Origin: Chrysomallon squamiferum | Lineage: Eukaryota; Animalia; Mollusca | DNA length: 64,000 nt | Reading direction: 5' to 3' | Assembly: GCA_012295275.1 (NCBI GenBank) | Contig: CM022670.1 | Span: 36,394,001-36,458,000, forward strand | In this document: in pieces, positions 1 through 13,300 of the stretch | How positions within the stretch are numbered: position 1 is the first letter of the stretch | Layout: every line of letters begins with the position of its first letter | Position numbers and translations under genes: made by a program | The notes under the pieces: model-generated | The model's database searches: none | What the model was told of the DNA's origin: nothing | The model's input: the letters and a program-made list of their open reading frames with translations, nothing else

Positions 1-700
1 TGCTAAAGTCTGGTCCTTGTGGGGCACGGTGCTCTTCTCTCTGGGACCACGACTCAAATTCAGGTTCGGAATTTAAAGATCGGGGCGGAGCACAGTGCTG
101 TTCAAGTTCGGGTTGATATCCAGGTTCGGTAGTGTTCGTTGCTGTTTTCACGATTGTGACTACATATGCACCTATATATAGCATTATACACCTTCATAAA
201 TAGCCAAAAATTACATTTATATGGGCGAAATACGATTTTCCCTCATCTTTTTCACCTGGGTTGATCGTCTCCTATCTTTACTGTCATAAAATGCACGATG
301 TCGACCGAGATATCACATAGCTGTGGCAAAACACCTTTCAAACAATCAGAGGCTGAGAAATGCCAGATGTTCAATATATTTACACGTCCCCTATACACAC
401 ACAATAATTTGATAAAAAAAAAAATAATAATAATAAAAATAAAAATGAATTCTCGAATAGGGTTATAAAAAAAAAAAAATAAATAAATAAATAAATAAAA
501 TAAAATAAAATAAATAAATAAAAAAATAAAATAAAAAAATGACTTAACGAGATGGTGCCGAATTCGATCAAGAGCAGAGATAGAATTCGCCGATAAACTG
601 TACTGTGAGCTCGACGCCATTTTGAACACAACAATCGTCTGTCTGTAGTGACAGTTGTTATATTGGAAATAGCCGCTGCCCCGGTGAACATTATGCTTAG
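1..700 (-). other. Possible 5' exons of an unidentified gene running off the window edge
   Basis: CpG-rich, higher-GC blocks (about 549-700, 256-390 and 1-171) separated by AT-rich spacers with plausible splice sites. AAAATGGCG start context at 620. No consistent reading frame or homology could be established. Confidence 0.35.
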
Positions 701-2294
701 TCTAAAGTGTCATTCTAAAGGAAACTGGACACGCTTTCGAATGATACCAGAGATGTGGGATCTAAATTCACTGAATTACATCGCAGTTTAAGTTTGAAGC
801 CGATTTTCGAGTTATTCTCGTCTTATTACATATCATTACAATTTGGGGTATGGCTTTCGCTGTTCATGCTCTATCGGCTGTGTTTAAAACATCCTGTTTT
901 TAATACGGATTACAAATTCACTGAATAACTCATATACTTCAACAGCAAATCTTAATCTTTATTTCCACACAATTCTTAATGTTACAGGTTGCTTGAAACC
1001 CGAGCTAAAACGTTAAAAAGCACCGATTGGAAATAATTAAATTTATCTAATTACTGAAATCTAAAATATTATTGGAATTTTATTAAATTTCCCTTGTTTT
1101 CGGCCCATTGTAAAACCATTTTTTTTTTATTTATTTTTTTTTTTTTAACGGTTTATTTGACAGTTAAGAGTAGTACACTGTAAGCGGAATGTAATAAAAC
1201 TAATTAATTAAACTGTTATTTCTATTTTCCAATATACGAAAAATTGGGTCGGTGGCTCCGTAAACCGAGTTACCAAATACTTTCAGATTTCAGTTTCCTG
1301 ATTAAACGTGGTATCACCCATAGTCTAATGAGCATTACAGATTAGATCATGAGGGCAAAAACCTAATCTTCTACTTTAAATCAACTTCGAAAATTTTAGA
1401 TGTGAAATTACATTAAGTTGGTAGGAACCTCATTTATGGGCATTCGACTGAAACTGGCACACTCACAAAAATGAAAAAAAAACAACACCCCCAAACCCTC
1501 AAAAACTATTGATCCAAATTGATTTGACAATTCAGTGTTATAATAATAATAGGGCTAATATTAATACATCTATGGATTTTACATGACAAATTTCAGCTGC
1601 CATACTTTTTTTAGTATTTTGAAATATTCATGTTATTTTCTTCAGTATTTTATCAACACCGCTTTGGGCTAAATTAGACTTAAATACATTTTTGTTAGTT
1701 TAATAACAAATTACTTTTTAATACTAATATTTAAAAACCAATCTTTGCTAATAATGAAGTACAATAATAATAAACCTCCAAACAAACAAAAACATTTCAT
1801 TCCTTTCTACTTGTTTACTTACGATGCCAAACAGTAAAGATAATATTACAGATAACTAGAAAGAAAAGACAAACAATATGAGATATATATTTCAACATTT
1901 ATTATGCCTGTGAAACTAAAGTAACAAGTATTGCAGTTATTTTAATTCTATAATATCAAGAAATACTGTTGTCTTTTATTTACAAAATAATGTTGATTTG
2001 TTACTTCTTGTTTGGCAAAGAGTTCCTGTGTGTTGGTGATATTTACAGTGTGATTTAACATTCAAAATTCACTGAACCACCAATCACAAAACTGCTTGCT
2101 ACACAGCATAATAGGCACAACACTTTAGTGTTTGAAGTGATTTTTAAACTTCATAAATTTTTTTAATTATTATGGTTAAAAACAACAATGTTAGGCATTT
2201 GACGTTGTCTGCCACTGAATAACAAACAATACCCATGCTTGGGTTCACACAATATAAACCAGCAGATTATTTTTTTAAAAACCCTCCCAAAAAA

Positions 2295-2325
<31 letters not shown>

Positions 2326-3878
2326 AATTACAAATGATAATCCAAATACTTATGAAACTATTGTTTTGATTGGTTTTGTTTATTGAACATTACATCAAGA
2401 GTTCAATGGAACATACCAATTTTAACATTTAAAATTTTTAGAACTCTCTTTTTTTTTTTTTTTAAATAATTTTAAATAAAATAATGATAATGCACTAAAT
2501 CCAGTAATTTAAAAAATATTTCAGTAATAACACACCCTTTTAGATAAGCCAGATAAATCCTTGTAGAATTAACATGAAATATTTATAAATATCTTGAGTA
2601 AACACAAATCTTAGTCTAAAATTTTGATAAAATTTCATTTGCATAGCACAACAACCCTTCTACATTGCTAGCAAATAAATGATTCTCTTTTCCTAAAAGC
2701 AAAATACTAATTTCAAAAACAGGTTCCGACTGTTCTTATCTTGAAACATCTGCACTGAAAGACATGCTGACATAAAACACAGCCTGTAATCCTCATGCAT
2801 CTGTCTGATGTTTTGAATGCTCACATTTCAATTTCAGATTAGTTCAAACTTCTGTTCGGAATCTCTAATATAAATAATGTGGGAGATATTTGTAATTCTA
2901 AGCCAAAGTCCAGTATTGTACACACCCAGTCTGTCTTAGCACATTATCTCATGTTTATTTTCACAATATATTTGTAATTTTTTACGAATTAATATGAATC
3001 CACCTTTATACATTCTCAAAAGAGGTAATAATAATCTTCAAAATAGTTGTCTCTTTATATTCATATAAATATATTTATTACATAACGAATAATAAAAATT
3101 AACACTGCCAACTTGATCTGAGTTTGGTGGAATGATTAAGTAAATTTTGTAAAGAATGCCAATCTGAGATTAAATATTACTTACTACAAGATGATGGATA
3201 TTATTTTTTTTTTTAAATTAAAGTAAATTTTTTTTTTTTTTATAATTTTTTTAAATTAAAAGTGAGGATATCAATAACATTCACTACAATAACAGCATAT
3301 TTGTTTTTGAATTATTATTTTTTAACATTGGATTGTCCCAAGTTCAAGATGTCTAGTTAAAGAAATGAGTAAGTAAAATATTTAAGACAGAATCGTATCT
3401 ACAAGTCTGGAGTCAAATGTATCAGTTAAACACTTGAGTTAACAATAAAAATCACTCTTTGCTCCTGTTATTTTTTCACACCTAATTCTATAATTAATGA
3501 ATAATTACTTTCAAAGAATACAATCAAACATATTTAAAAATAGAATAAGTAAATAAAAATAATTATTAAAAAGTGCACAAAAGTTATGTTACACTGTCAT
3601 CAAACCACCACCTGACAAATTTCAGTTGTGAAAATTCATTTCATTAACTGTTTTTCAGAATTTAAAAACAAATTAGTATCATTATAAGAAAACAAATTAT
3701 CTACAGAAATAATTATTTATTATTACTATTTTTTTTTTTTTTTTTTTTTCCTATCTACAAATTTAACTGGAGCTGAGAATATCATTTTGTACAAATTTTT
3801 ATTGTTTTAAATAACAAACAACAACAACAACAATAAAGTAATAACAGAATGTTGTGAGAAATATCACATTTCACTTAA

Positions 3879-6800
3879 TTAGTCCTTAGCTTCTGTTTTA
3901 ATAGCACCTGAGGGAACATCAGTTTTCACTGCTGAGGTTTGAGAGGCTGGCTCTGTTTTAACAGAGAGATCTGCTGAATGACTGAAGTAATTGCACTAGT
4001 CTGCTCACCACCGACTGATTCAGAAATTATCATTTCCACAGCAACTGGTTCTTGTTTCACAACAACAGAAGCAGCACTGTGAGGTATGTCACTGGCCAGT
4101 TCTGATTTAGCAGAAACATCAGCGTCTACAGGTTCCTGTTTAATCTCGACCGATGAAATGTCATTAGATTTTACAAGTTCTTTCTGCTGAATTTCTGGAT
4201 TTTCGGTTTTCGAAATTTCGGACTTCTCTAAAAGAGTGCTCTGTGGCAAATTGACATCTTTAGGATCCTTCGACTCCTCATTCTTAATTTCTGATGACAA
4301 AGGATTAACACTGAGATCTGTCGTAGGAGTTGGGGTTGACTCCACAATGCCACCCTAAAAAGACAAAAGATAATATATACATCTTTTTTTAAATTTAACT
4401 TTTGAGAATGTAAAATGTTAAAATTTCTATTAATGCAAAAAAAAAAAAAAAAATGTAATTGATCAAATCCAGCAAATTTGCTGTTACACTGAATTTATGT
4501 GAGAAATGGATATCAATTTTTTTATAATTATTCAAAAGTAATCTAAATATAAAAACAGAAAATAAGAAGTGATAATGAAATCGATTAATAAAATAAATTA
4601 AGAAAAAGTATTTTTCTAATAACCAATACTAAACAAAGCAGTTTTGAAATAAGTATAGCATGTGAAGAAAAACCAAAAAACTACAAAATTTAATTTAAAA
4701 ATGTGCTAAAACAAAAATAAGACTTCTTTAGTAAAATTAGCATGAATTAATAATAATAATAATATTAATAATAATAAATGATGTGTATAACTGGATATTG
4801 CATCACAAGAATGGAAATTTTGGAAAAAAAATATAATTAAATTAATGATATGTAAACATAATGAATTCAGCATCTTCAAATTATATCTATGAAATTTAGA
4901 CATTAACCTCTTCACGTGCATCTTCATAGCAGACTGGGTGGTATATTTTGTTGTCAACTCTGATAGCATCTCTCAAATGCCAGTCTTCCTTTTCTTCATG
5001 CCAGTACTGATCAAATGGATCTCCACAAATACAGCAAATCTGAAGTATATTTAATATAATAAAACTACTTTGTCATAATGGATCTATGAAGTTATTATAA
5101 ATAAATATTTTAATTAAATCTCAATGAATTATCGAATTTTTTTTTAAATACCGACAACTGTGAAAAAATTCATAACTACATTATGTTTTTTTAAGAATGT
5201 ATGTCTTACATGACAATGCATTATAACTTTATAAAAACATTTTCTTGTTCATATTTTCACTTGTATTATCTTTATCAGTACAAGATAATTATGTTTCAGC
5301 AGCAAATATTGTTGGGAAATTTGTTTTTATTCTATATATTGTGTTGTTTTATCATTTATTAAACACTAATAATATACTCTACTAAATAAATTAGAAATAA
5401 AAAAAACAATGCAATCAGTTATAGTTCTTTAATAATTTATACATATTCTTTATTTCGTTTTTCTAAATTTCACTTGCTCTCAAATGTTTCAAATTCTACT
5501 AATCTTCTTAAAAAGATGATTTGGGGTAGGAGCAATTGAAAAAAAATAAAAAAATAAAAAAATAAAAAAATAAAAAAAATAAAATAAAAGTAATCAATAA
5601 TTTACAAATCATTAAACTTACATCACCACCATCTTCATCTGATGCTGCTGGACATTGGTCAACAACGGAACCATGTGGCAGACTGACACTGACTGATGTT
5701 GATTCCATTGGTGTGTTCTGCATCATCTGCTCAAATATCTGACTGCGACCTGAAACAAACATTAACATTATTGTTAGATTTAACTAAATGGCTTTTCCCA
5801 TAAAATTTTACATGGAAGGAAAAAGATATTAAAAAAATATTTCTTCTGATTAATGATTTTTGTGTGAAGTGAATCAAACTATTTTGTGCAATAGGTTAAA
5901 CTAATATTAATGAATGACCAACCTTTTTCTTCTGATTCTTCTATTTCTTGATACTGAATCCATTCCTGAAAATTGAAAAAAAATTCATTAGAGATAAGAA
6001 AACAAATAAAATAAAATAAATTTCTTTACAATTAATGAATATAACTCTTTAATAATTATATCATTCTTCTCTTGGTTAAAACATAAAATATTTGGAAAAA
6101 ATCAAAGCATAATTAAGACATCTTAAAATAAGCAAATAATTTTTAAAAAAAAACCATTGTATAAACAAACAAACAAACAAAAAACAACAACAATAGTTCA
6201 ACTCACATTTATCTTAAAATACCAGTCTCGGTTTCGTGCCACCTTCAGGTCGTCCATGCCTCGTTTGTTTTTGCGGAAATGCCAATCAAGATGTTCTCTG
6301 TATCTTTCTGTCTGAAGGAAACTAAAACGTTCCCCACATGAAGTGCACTGTAATCCTGTGTACAGCTCCTGAACTACACCCTTGTATGGTCTGTAAATAA
6401 AAATGACATTACCAGTGACTTATTTCTGAAAACGTTTTAAAAATATTTTATATAAAAAATTTAATGCAGCAATTACAATATACATCACACTGACAGTAAT
6501 CCCTTATTAATATTCAACAAGCAGGAAAGTGAATTTAGTTTGACATTTTTCATCTTTCAGTACTAATTTTTGAACAATGTTATTACAGAATATAACCAAG
6601 GTAACAACATTTCTAATGAACGAACAGTTTCAAAGTATTGTGCAAAAAAAGCAATAATAATAATAATAATGGTAATAACAGTGCAGTTATCAGAAATTTG
6701 TATTATATATATATATATATATAATGTATTCTCATAAATTAATATTCAGATTCTCAATAGTGTAGAAAAAGGCAACATCTTCAACAATTAATTTGTCAAC

Positions 6801-7316
6801 ATCGGAAGGACTTGGGGAATATTAAGTAAGTAACAAGTAATGAAAGTAAATGTATTGTATATGCTTTAATCATGAGAAAAATAACTTAGAAAATGACATC
6901 AACTATAATCAGTAACATTTATCAACAGAAAATGTTTTGAAGCAAGGATACTTGTATTTAACCAAATTTAACGAAACAGATTAACATACTACTAAGAATG
7001 AAAATAAATATTTAACTTACTTCTTGAAATCTTCAGGTTTGCTAAGTGAAAGAGGTGGAATCTTTTCGATAACTTCTTTCTTAATTTCTGGCATCTGAAA
7101 TTTAATTAATGTAATAAAATTCATTAAAAATACAAATATTTAGTAAAAAGCTGGAAAACATTTAACTGATGTACTTGATTGTATCATCTCCATTCATTTA
7201 AAAAAAAAAAAAAATTCTTGCAAGTTTCTTTCGAGATAAGATAACTGCATTACTTATTAAAAAAAATTAAAAAAAAGGATTACATACACTCAGAACAAAT
7301 AAAAGATACAAAAAAA

Positions 7317-7347
<31 letters not shown>

Positions 7348-10300
7348 AAAACATTATGAAAAATTAATATATTCCAGTATCTGTTTGTACCTTGAATTTC
7401 TGGTCTTCTGTCTGTGAAGGTTCTTCAGTCTTCGTTTCTTCTTTTTTTTGTTTTCACTGGACTCGGCAGATTCTGGTTTCTTTATGATGCCAGTTGCAAG
7501 AAGTTTTTGGAACAGTGAGTTGATATCGATTGGTGGGGCTGAGGCAGGTGTAGTGACTGCAAGTTATTACAATATAACAATTATTTCTTTATGCTAAAAT
7601 TTTATATCAGTTATATTCAACCACAAGCATGTAATTATTTTAATGTGATCTATTTATACAAGATAAAGTGTATTTTTATGAACTACAATATATCACGTAA
7701 TAAGATGATAAATTAGCTGTAAATATGAAATTCTAACATTACTGCTACTAATTTTTCTCCTTTATTAGAAACAACTTATTGTTATTTTTAAAAACTTGTC
7801 TTCAAATTGTTTTGAAATGGAAAAATATTCAACATTCTGTAGCAGGATATTAAAGTTTTATTAAACAGAACTGCCAACTCACCTGCAGCAGGAATGATTG
7901 GACAGTACTGGTACCCCAAGTGTTGACGTAGTTGCTAGAGCTTAAAATAAAATATTAAGTCCCTTACATAACCACAGTCTTTAAACTTTTTGAAAGATCA
8001 TAATAAATATCAGTAAATCAAGTATGCTCTAGTAAGCCCAAAACAAAACTGCATTTATTGCCTGCACACCCCCACACTTAATTAAAAAATAATAATAATA
8101 GTAATAATATAGATAATAATAATATTAAATAAAAAGAATAAAATAGAAACTTACCATTTTGTTGAAGGAGACCACCAATTCCCAAGCCCCCCATACTGAC
8201 AGGCAACAACTGCTGCTGAAGCTGCAGTTGATTCAAATTTTGAAGTCCAGCCATTATCATGCCAGGCATTTGTGACTGAATTTGCATCTGTTGTGAGACG
8301 AGTGGATTAAAGCCTTGCAGTCCAAGTCCTTGCTGCAAACCAGCTGCGCCAAGCTGAGGCATCATTCCTGCCTGTGGCATAGTTCCAGGCATTGCAAATC
8401 GCTGCTGCATGCCTTCAGAAACCATTGGTCCTCTTGGGCCTGATATCATACCATCTGGTCCTAGAGTTCTAGGACCTTGCATCATAGGATTTGGTCCAGG
8501 TCCTCTAGGACCCTGCATCATGCTATCATGATTTGGTTCTACTGGCCTTTGAATATAGGCCTCAGGCCTGGGTCCAGCAGTTCTAACAGGACCTATCATT
8601 CTGTTTGGAACAGAGAAACTAGATTCCTCTAAGTGATGAATTCCTGGTGACCTGAATGCATGTTCTCTTGATGGCAAAGGAGTCTTCATCATTTCTTCAT
8701 ATCCTATTGGTATTTCATCAAGGATCTTAACTGTTGGGCAAGGCCCTTCCAATCTTCTGGAGTGAGTATTGTTGCCCAAGAGAATTTCTCTAGGAACATT
8801 ATCAAACTTCACTTCAAACCATTTTCCATCTATGATAATTTCATGAGCTGGACCACCAAAAGCAAGATAATGTGGTCTGTTTCTGATTTTAACCCTCACT
8901 GCATCATCCATTGGAACAACAAAAGGAAAGTCATCAATGTATACAGTTCTAGGTGGTCCATCAAATCGAATGCCATGAGGACGACCTTTATAAATTACCA
9001 CAGGTATTCTTCGGTCAAGTTTAAGTTCACAGAACTGACCATCTATTAAAATCTCCCTTGGCAGTGGATCAAACCTGATTTCATGTTTTTTATTATTTAG
9101 TATTATTTCCCTCGGTGGACCTCCTAAAGTGCCCTTTTCCATTCTGTCCACCAATATCATCATATCTCTGCCATCTATTTGAAATCCATAAGGTATGCCA
9201 TCAATAATAATACGCTTTGGTGGAGCATCTATTCTCAATTCATACTGATGTCCATCAATCCAGAATGTTCTTGGCAGACCATGGAAAAAAAGTTTTACAA
9301 TTTTACCATTTATGTTTACATCCTTCACAGGTTCACCAAACCTATACACTAATTTACCATCTATAATAACACCTCGTTTAACAGGATCTACATAGAGAAC
9401 ACAGGATCTTCCTGGACCTATTCTAATCTTTCTGGGCTGTCCTCCAACTTTAATTTCATATGGTCTTTTGTCAATCATAACTTCTTCCTGCATTTCAGCA
9501 TTGGTCATTCCACGCATTGTAACCCAGCGAGGATCATCATATCTGTCAATATCAGATCTTGTGTCCTCTGGTTTGGAAATAGACAAATTATGATAATCCT
9601 CACTAAAACTATCATATGGTGAATGTCTCGTGGTACATATCTGCTTTTGGAGGCCTTTTTTAGTAGGGAAATAAGGTCGAGGTTCATGGAAATTTCGTTC
9701 ATCAAGAACATCATGCCTCTCTTCAATACCAAACTCAGGACAACGACCCTCATTTCTATGAGGAATGGGCCTCTGATCATATCTTTCCAGGTGGTGTCGT
9801 TCTGGGTGTCTGAGCATCTCACCCCTGGCTATATGTGACTCATGTCTGAAGTCATGATCAATGAATTCTGATGGTGGATGTCGACGGAAATCACGATCCT
9901 CAGAGAAGTCCCTATCACTTGCCCAGTACCTTTCATCCCCATTGACAGGATTTGATTTCTATCAAAAGGCACTCTGAGATCCTTATCCATTGGATGTCTT
10001 CCTGATTGTGGATAATTCTTTGATTCATTAAGCAGTGGATCTCTGTCAGATCTACCAGCAGGTATCCTGAGATCTTTATCAACAAGAACATTTGAATCTG
10101 AATCAACATCCATTTGCTGGTTTGGATGAACTGCGATTGCTTTTCTGAAATCTTTATCTTCATTTGACTTAGAATCCACACTAGTTATCTGCCTGGAATC
10201 AATATCTGTTGGAACTCTAGGATCAGTAATCATGGATGATTCTTTTTCCTTGCTAACTGGAACTGATATTTTTCCTTTTTTATTTCAGAGGATGGAATAA

Positions 10301-13300
10301 TTTCAGATGTACTTGATGAAACTTTGTCAACCTGTCTTGCATCTGTATCTTTTGGTAAAACCAATTTATCCTTTTTAATGTGTCTGTCATCAACATCGGA
10401 TGGCACATCATCTTTATTAACTGCACTGATAGCAGGATCAACAGCTTTTGATTCTTCAGGATTTTGTTCAGTCACAATCTTCTTCCGATGGTCAATATCA
10501 GTAGCTTCAGGATTGACTTCTGATTTGGGACTTTGCTCAGTTTTATCTTCTGTTAGTAGTTTTCTGGCACTTAGTCTTGGATCACGATTTATTCCACCAC
10601 TCTCAATTTCAGCCCAACTTTTTTGCTTTGAAGCTAGTCTTGGATCTCGTCGAATTTCTTCAAATTTTGCAGGTGTCAAGGATTGATTCTGAAGAGATCC
10701 AGGTGAATGCATCTCTCGTCTCTGCAAACTGTACACTTGAGATAATTGTTTGAGCAAATTCTGATGCTGGTCATGACTCATTTTACCAGATTCCAGCTGC
10801 TTATGAGCCTGAATTAGGATCTCTTCCTGGTGGTCTAATCGCAATGCCTTAGGTAAAGACAGAGTAAGAGGAGTGGTTGCTTTTTGAGGTGATGGTGAAA
10901 AGGGTGACAAGGGAGGCATTTTCCTCATATCCACATCACCAGGTGTTAAAAGTTCTGGGGTTGTACTCTTAGAACTCAGTTTCTCCATTTCTGGACCATA
11001 CTCATCAGGGTGAGATGCCTTGAATGTATTCCACTGTGCTTGAAGTGGGCTCTTCATTGGAAGAAGTCCAGATGTTCGACGGTAGTCTACATCCTCACCT
11101 CCAAATAGATCACTTTAAAGAAGAAAAGATAATTTTAAAGTAACGTCATAGTTTATTATTCAAGGTTTAGAACAGAATTCTTGTGTAATTATTATATATA
11201 GTAAACATTTCATTTTTTTAAATTAATTTATTTTGCAGTATCTATTGTAATTTTTTTTTTCTTAAAAAATTGATTATAATTTTAAAAATATGGAAATATT
11301 TACTTTTAACATTTTCAAACAGATTGTGACATAGTGATATAAAAATTATAAAACTTTTTCAAATGTGTATGTGATTATTTACCTCAGGTCTGATGAAGGC
11401 TTTGGCATCATCAATTTCAGTGGATCCATTCTCTGTCTCTTGTCATCAGGACCAGGAATTGAAAGATTCCTTTCATCAATATCTAAATGTTCAGATGATC
11501 TCTTTGATGGACGCATTTGTTTTTCTGATTCTTTTGGCAGCAGAAGATCTAAAGGCATTTCCATTGCAGGCTGATCAATATTTCGTTTCTTTGCATCTGT
11601 GAGAATACTAGCTGGTGGTATAGGAGGCATTGGGACGTCGTCAGTTTTAGTTTCTGATTCAACATCCAATTTCCCTACCTTTACAAAAGCTTTATTTGCA
11701 TCAGACTTGGTCTTTATTGCCTCACTACTTGGTACTTTGCGAAGGTGATCTCCTCCTGGTGACCTGGATCTTGAGGGTGATTTGTCCATTGTGTCATGAA
11801 TGTCCCGATGCTTACTTCTATCAAAATCTCCATGATGAAAATCACCTCTGTGCCCTCTAAATATTGGTTTACCTCTGTCTCTTATGTGCTCGGTTTCTCT
11901 AGACCTTCTTCGAGAATATTCACTAATAGGTCTTCGATCACGCTCTCTTTCTTTTGATGATTTTCTTTCATGTCTGGGTTTGGGATCTTTGGATTTATCA
12001 TTTTTATGTTTGTCTCTTGGACTTCTACTTCTGCTTTTTGTATGATCTTTAGTCTTAACATCTTTATCTTTAGATTTAGAATCAGTACTTCCAATCTTTG
12101 ACAGTCTATCAACCTCATTTTTCTTTTTTTCATTTTCATTAGAACCAGTTATTGGGCTTTTACTATCACCATCTTTCTTTTGCACCACTTTTTGACTACT
12201 GTCTTTTTTCAGTGGTGTGTTCTGTTTATCTGAACCTTTGGTAACTGCTCCAGTCTTTGCTGTACATTCTTTGTTGAAAGACGTTTTTGGTTGATCAGCA
12301 TTCTGAGAACCTGTAATCTTTGCTGGTTCTACTTTGTTTGAAGATGGATGCTTACTATTTATTTTTTCTGAATGAGCTGGTGTAATTCCAGTTTTAGAGA
12401 AGACAGTGTTCATAAACAATGGGAGCTGAGGTGGAAACTGTGGTGCAAAATTTTGAGATACTTCAACAGAATGATTTGGCTGTATAGGCTGATTCACATT
12501 CATTCCTAATGGAGTAGATGATGATATACTGGGCTGCTTTGATGGTTGTGAACCAGAACTAGCTGTAGTAGATGCTTTTGCTTTTTCAGTTGCAGCTATC
12601 TGAGCTTGAGTCCTTGTTTTATGAGGATCACGAGAAGCCAGTCTAGGATCACGTTTGATGGCTGGTTGTGGCTTTGTTTCTGATGTTGTAGTAGTTCCAG
12701 ATGAAGAGGTTAATGGATTAATTTGAAGTGCCTGCCAAATAGATCTGTCTGAATCTACTTTTTGGGTTTTCTTTGATTCTTCAAGCTAAAATTTGAGAGA
12801 AAAAAAAAAAAAGGCATTTTAAATAAATAAATAAATAAATAAATAAACATTCAATGTATTAAGAAATATTCATAATAAAATATAATTAAACATCTAACTT
12901 CAAAATAGACATTTAAAATAATTCAGTGTCAGAAAAAAAAATGAGGTTTATTTTTGGTTAAATAATACAAAGACCAACAATAGAAGAAATTTTAAAATTT
13001 TCTTTTATAAATACAATACAGTAATTAATGTTCAATTATAAGGTTTCTGTTTATCCATTAAATATTTTTTGGGAAAATGTTTTTATAGAATATACTTTAA
13101 TTCCTGCATTTAAACAACCACTCAACTAACTAAAAAAAAACTATATTTTATTTAACTACCTGTTTTCTTTGGAGTTGTAACTTTGCCTTTGTTTCTGCTA
13201 ATTCAAGTTCTAAGCGCATTTTCTGAAGTTCCTGCTCCTTTGCTATCAGTTGTCTCCTCATTAGCTCTTCTTCATCTGTGGGTGGGGGTGAAGCTGTTGT

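Noticed and set aside
9940-10280. Programmed ribosomal frameshifting in PCF11
   Set aside because: Several independent indels, mostly in homopolymers, with no canonical slippery heptamer plus structure. Sequencing error is the simpler explanation.
8762-12139. Antisense and alternate-frame ORFs overlapping the large PCF11 exons
   Set aside because: Shadow ORFs of the real coding frame, with no recognisable domains.
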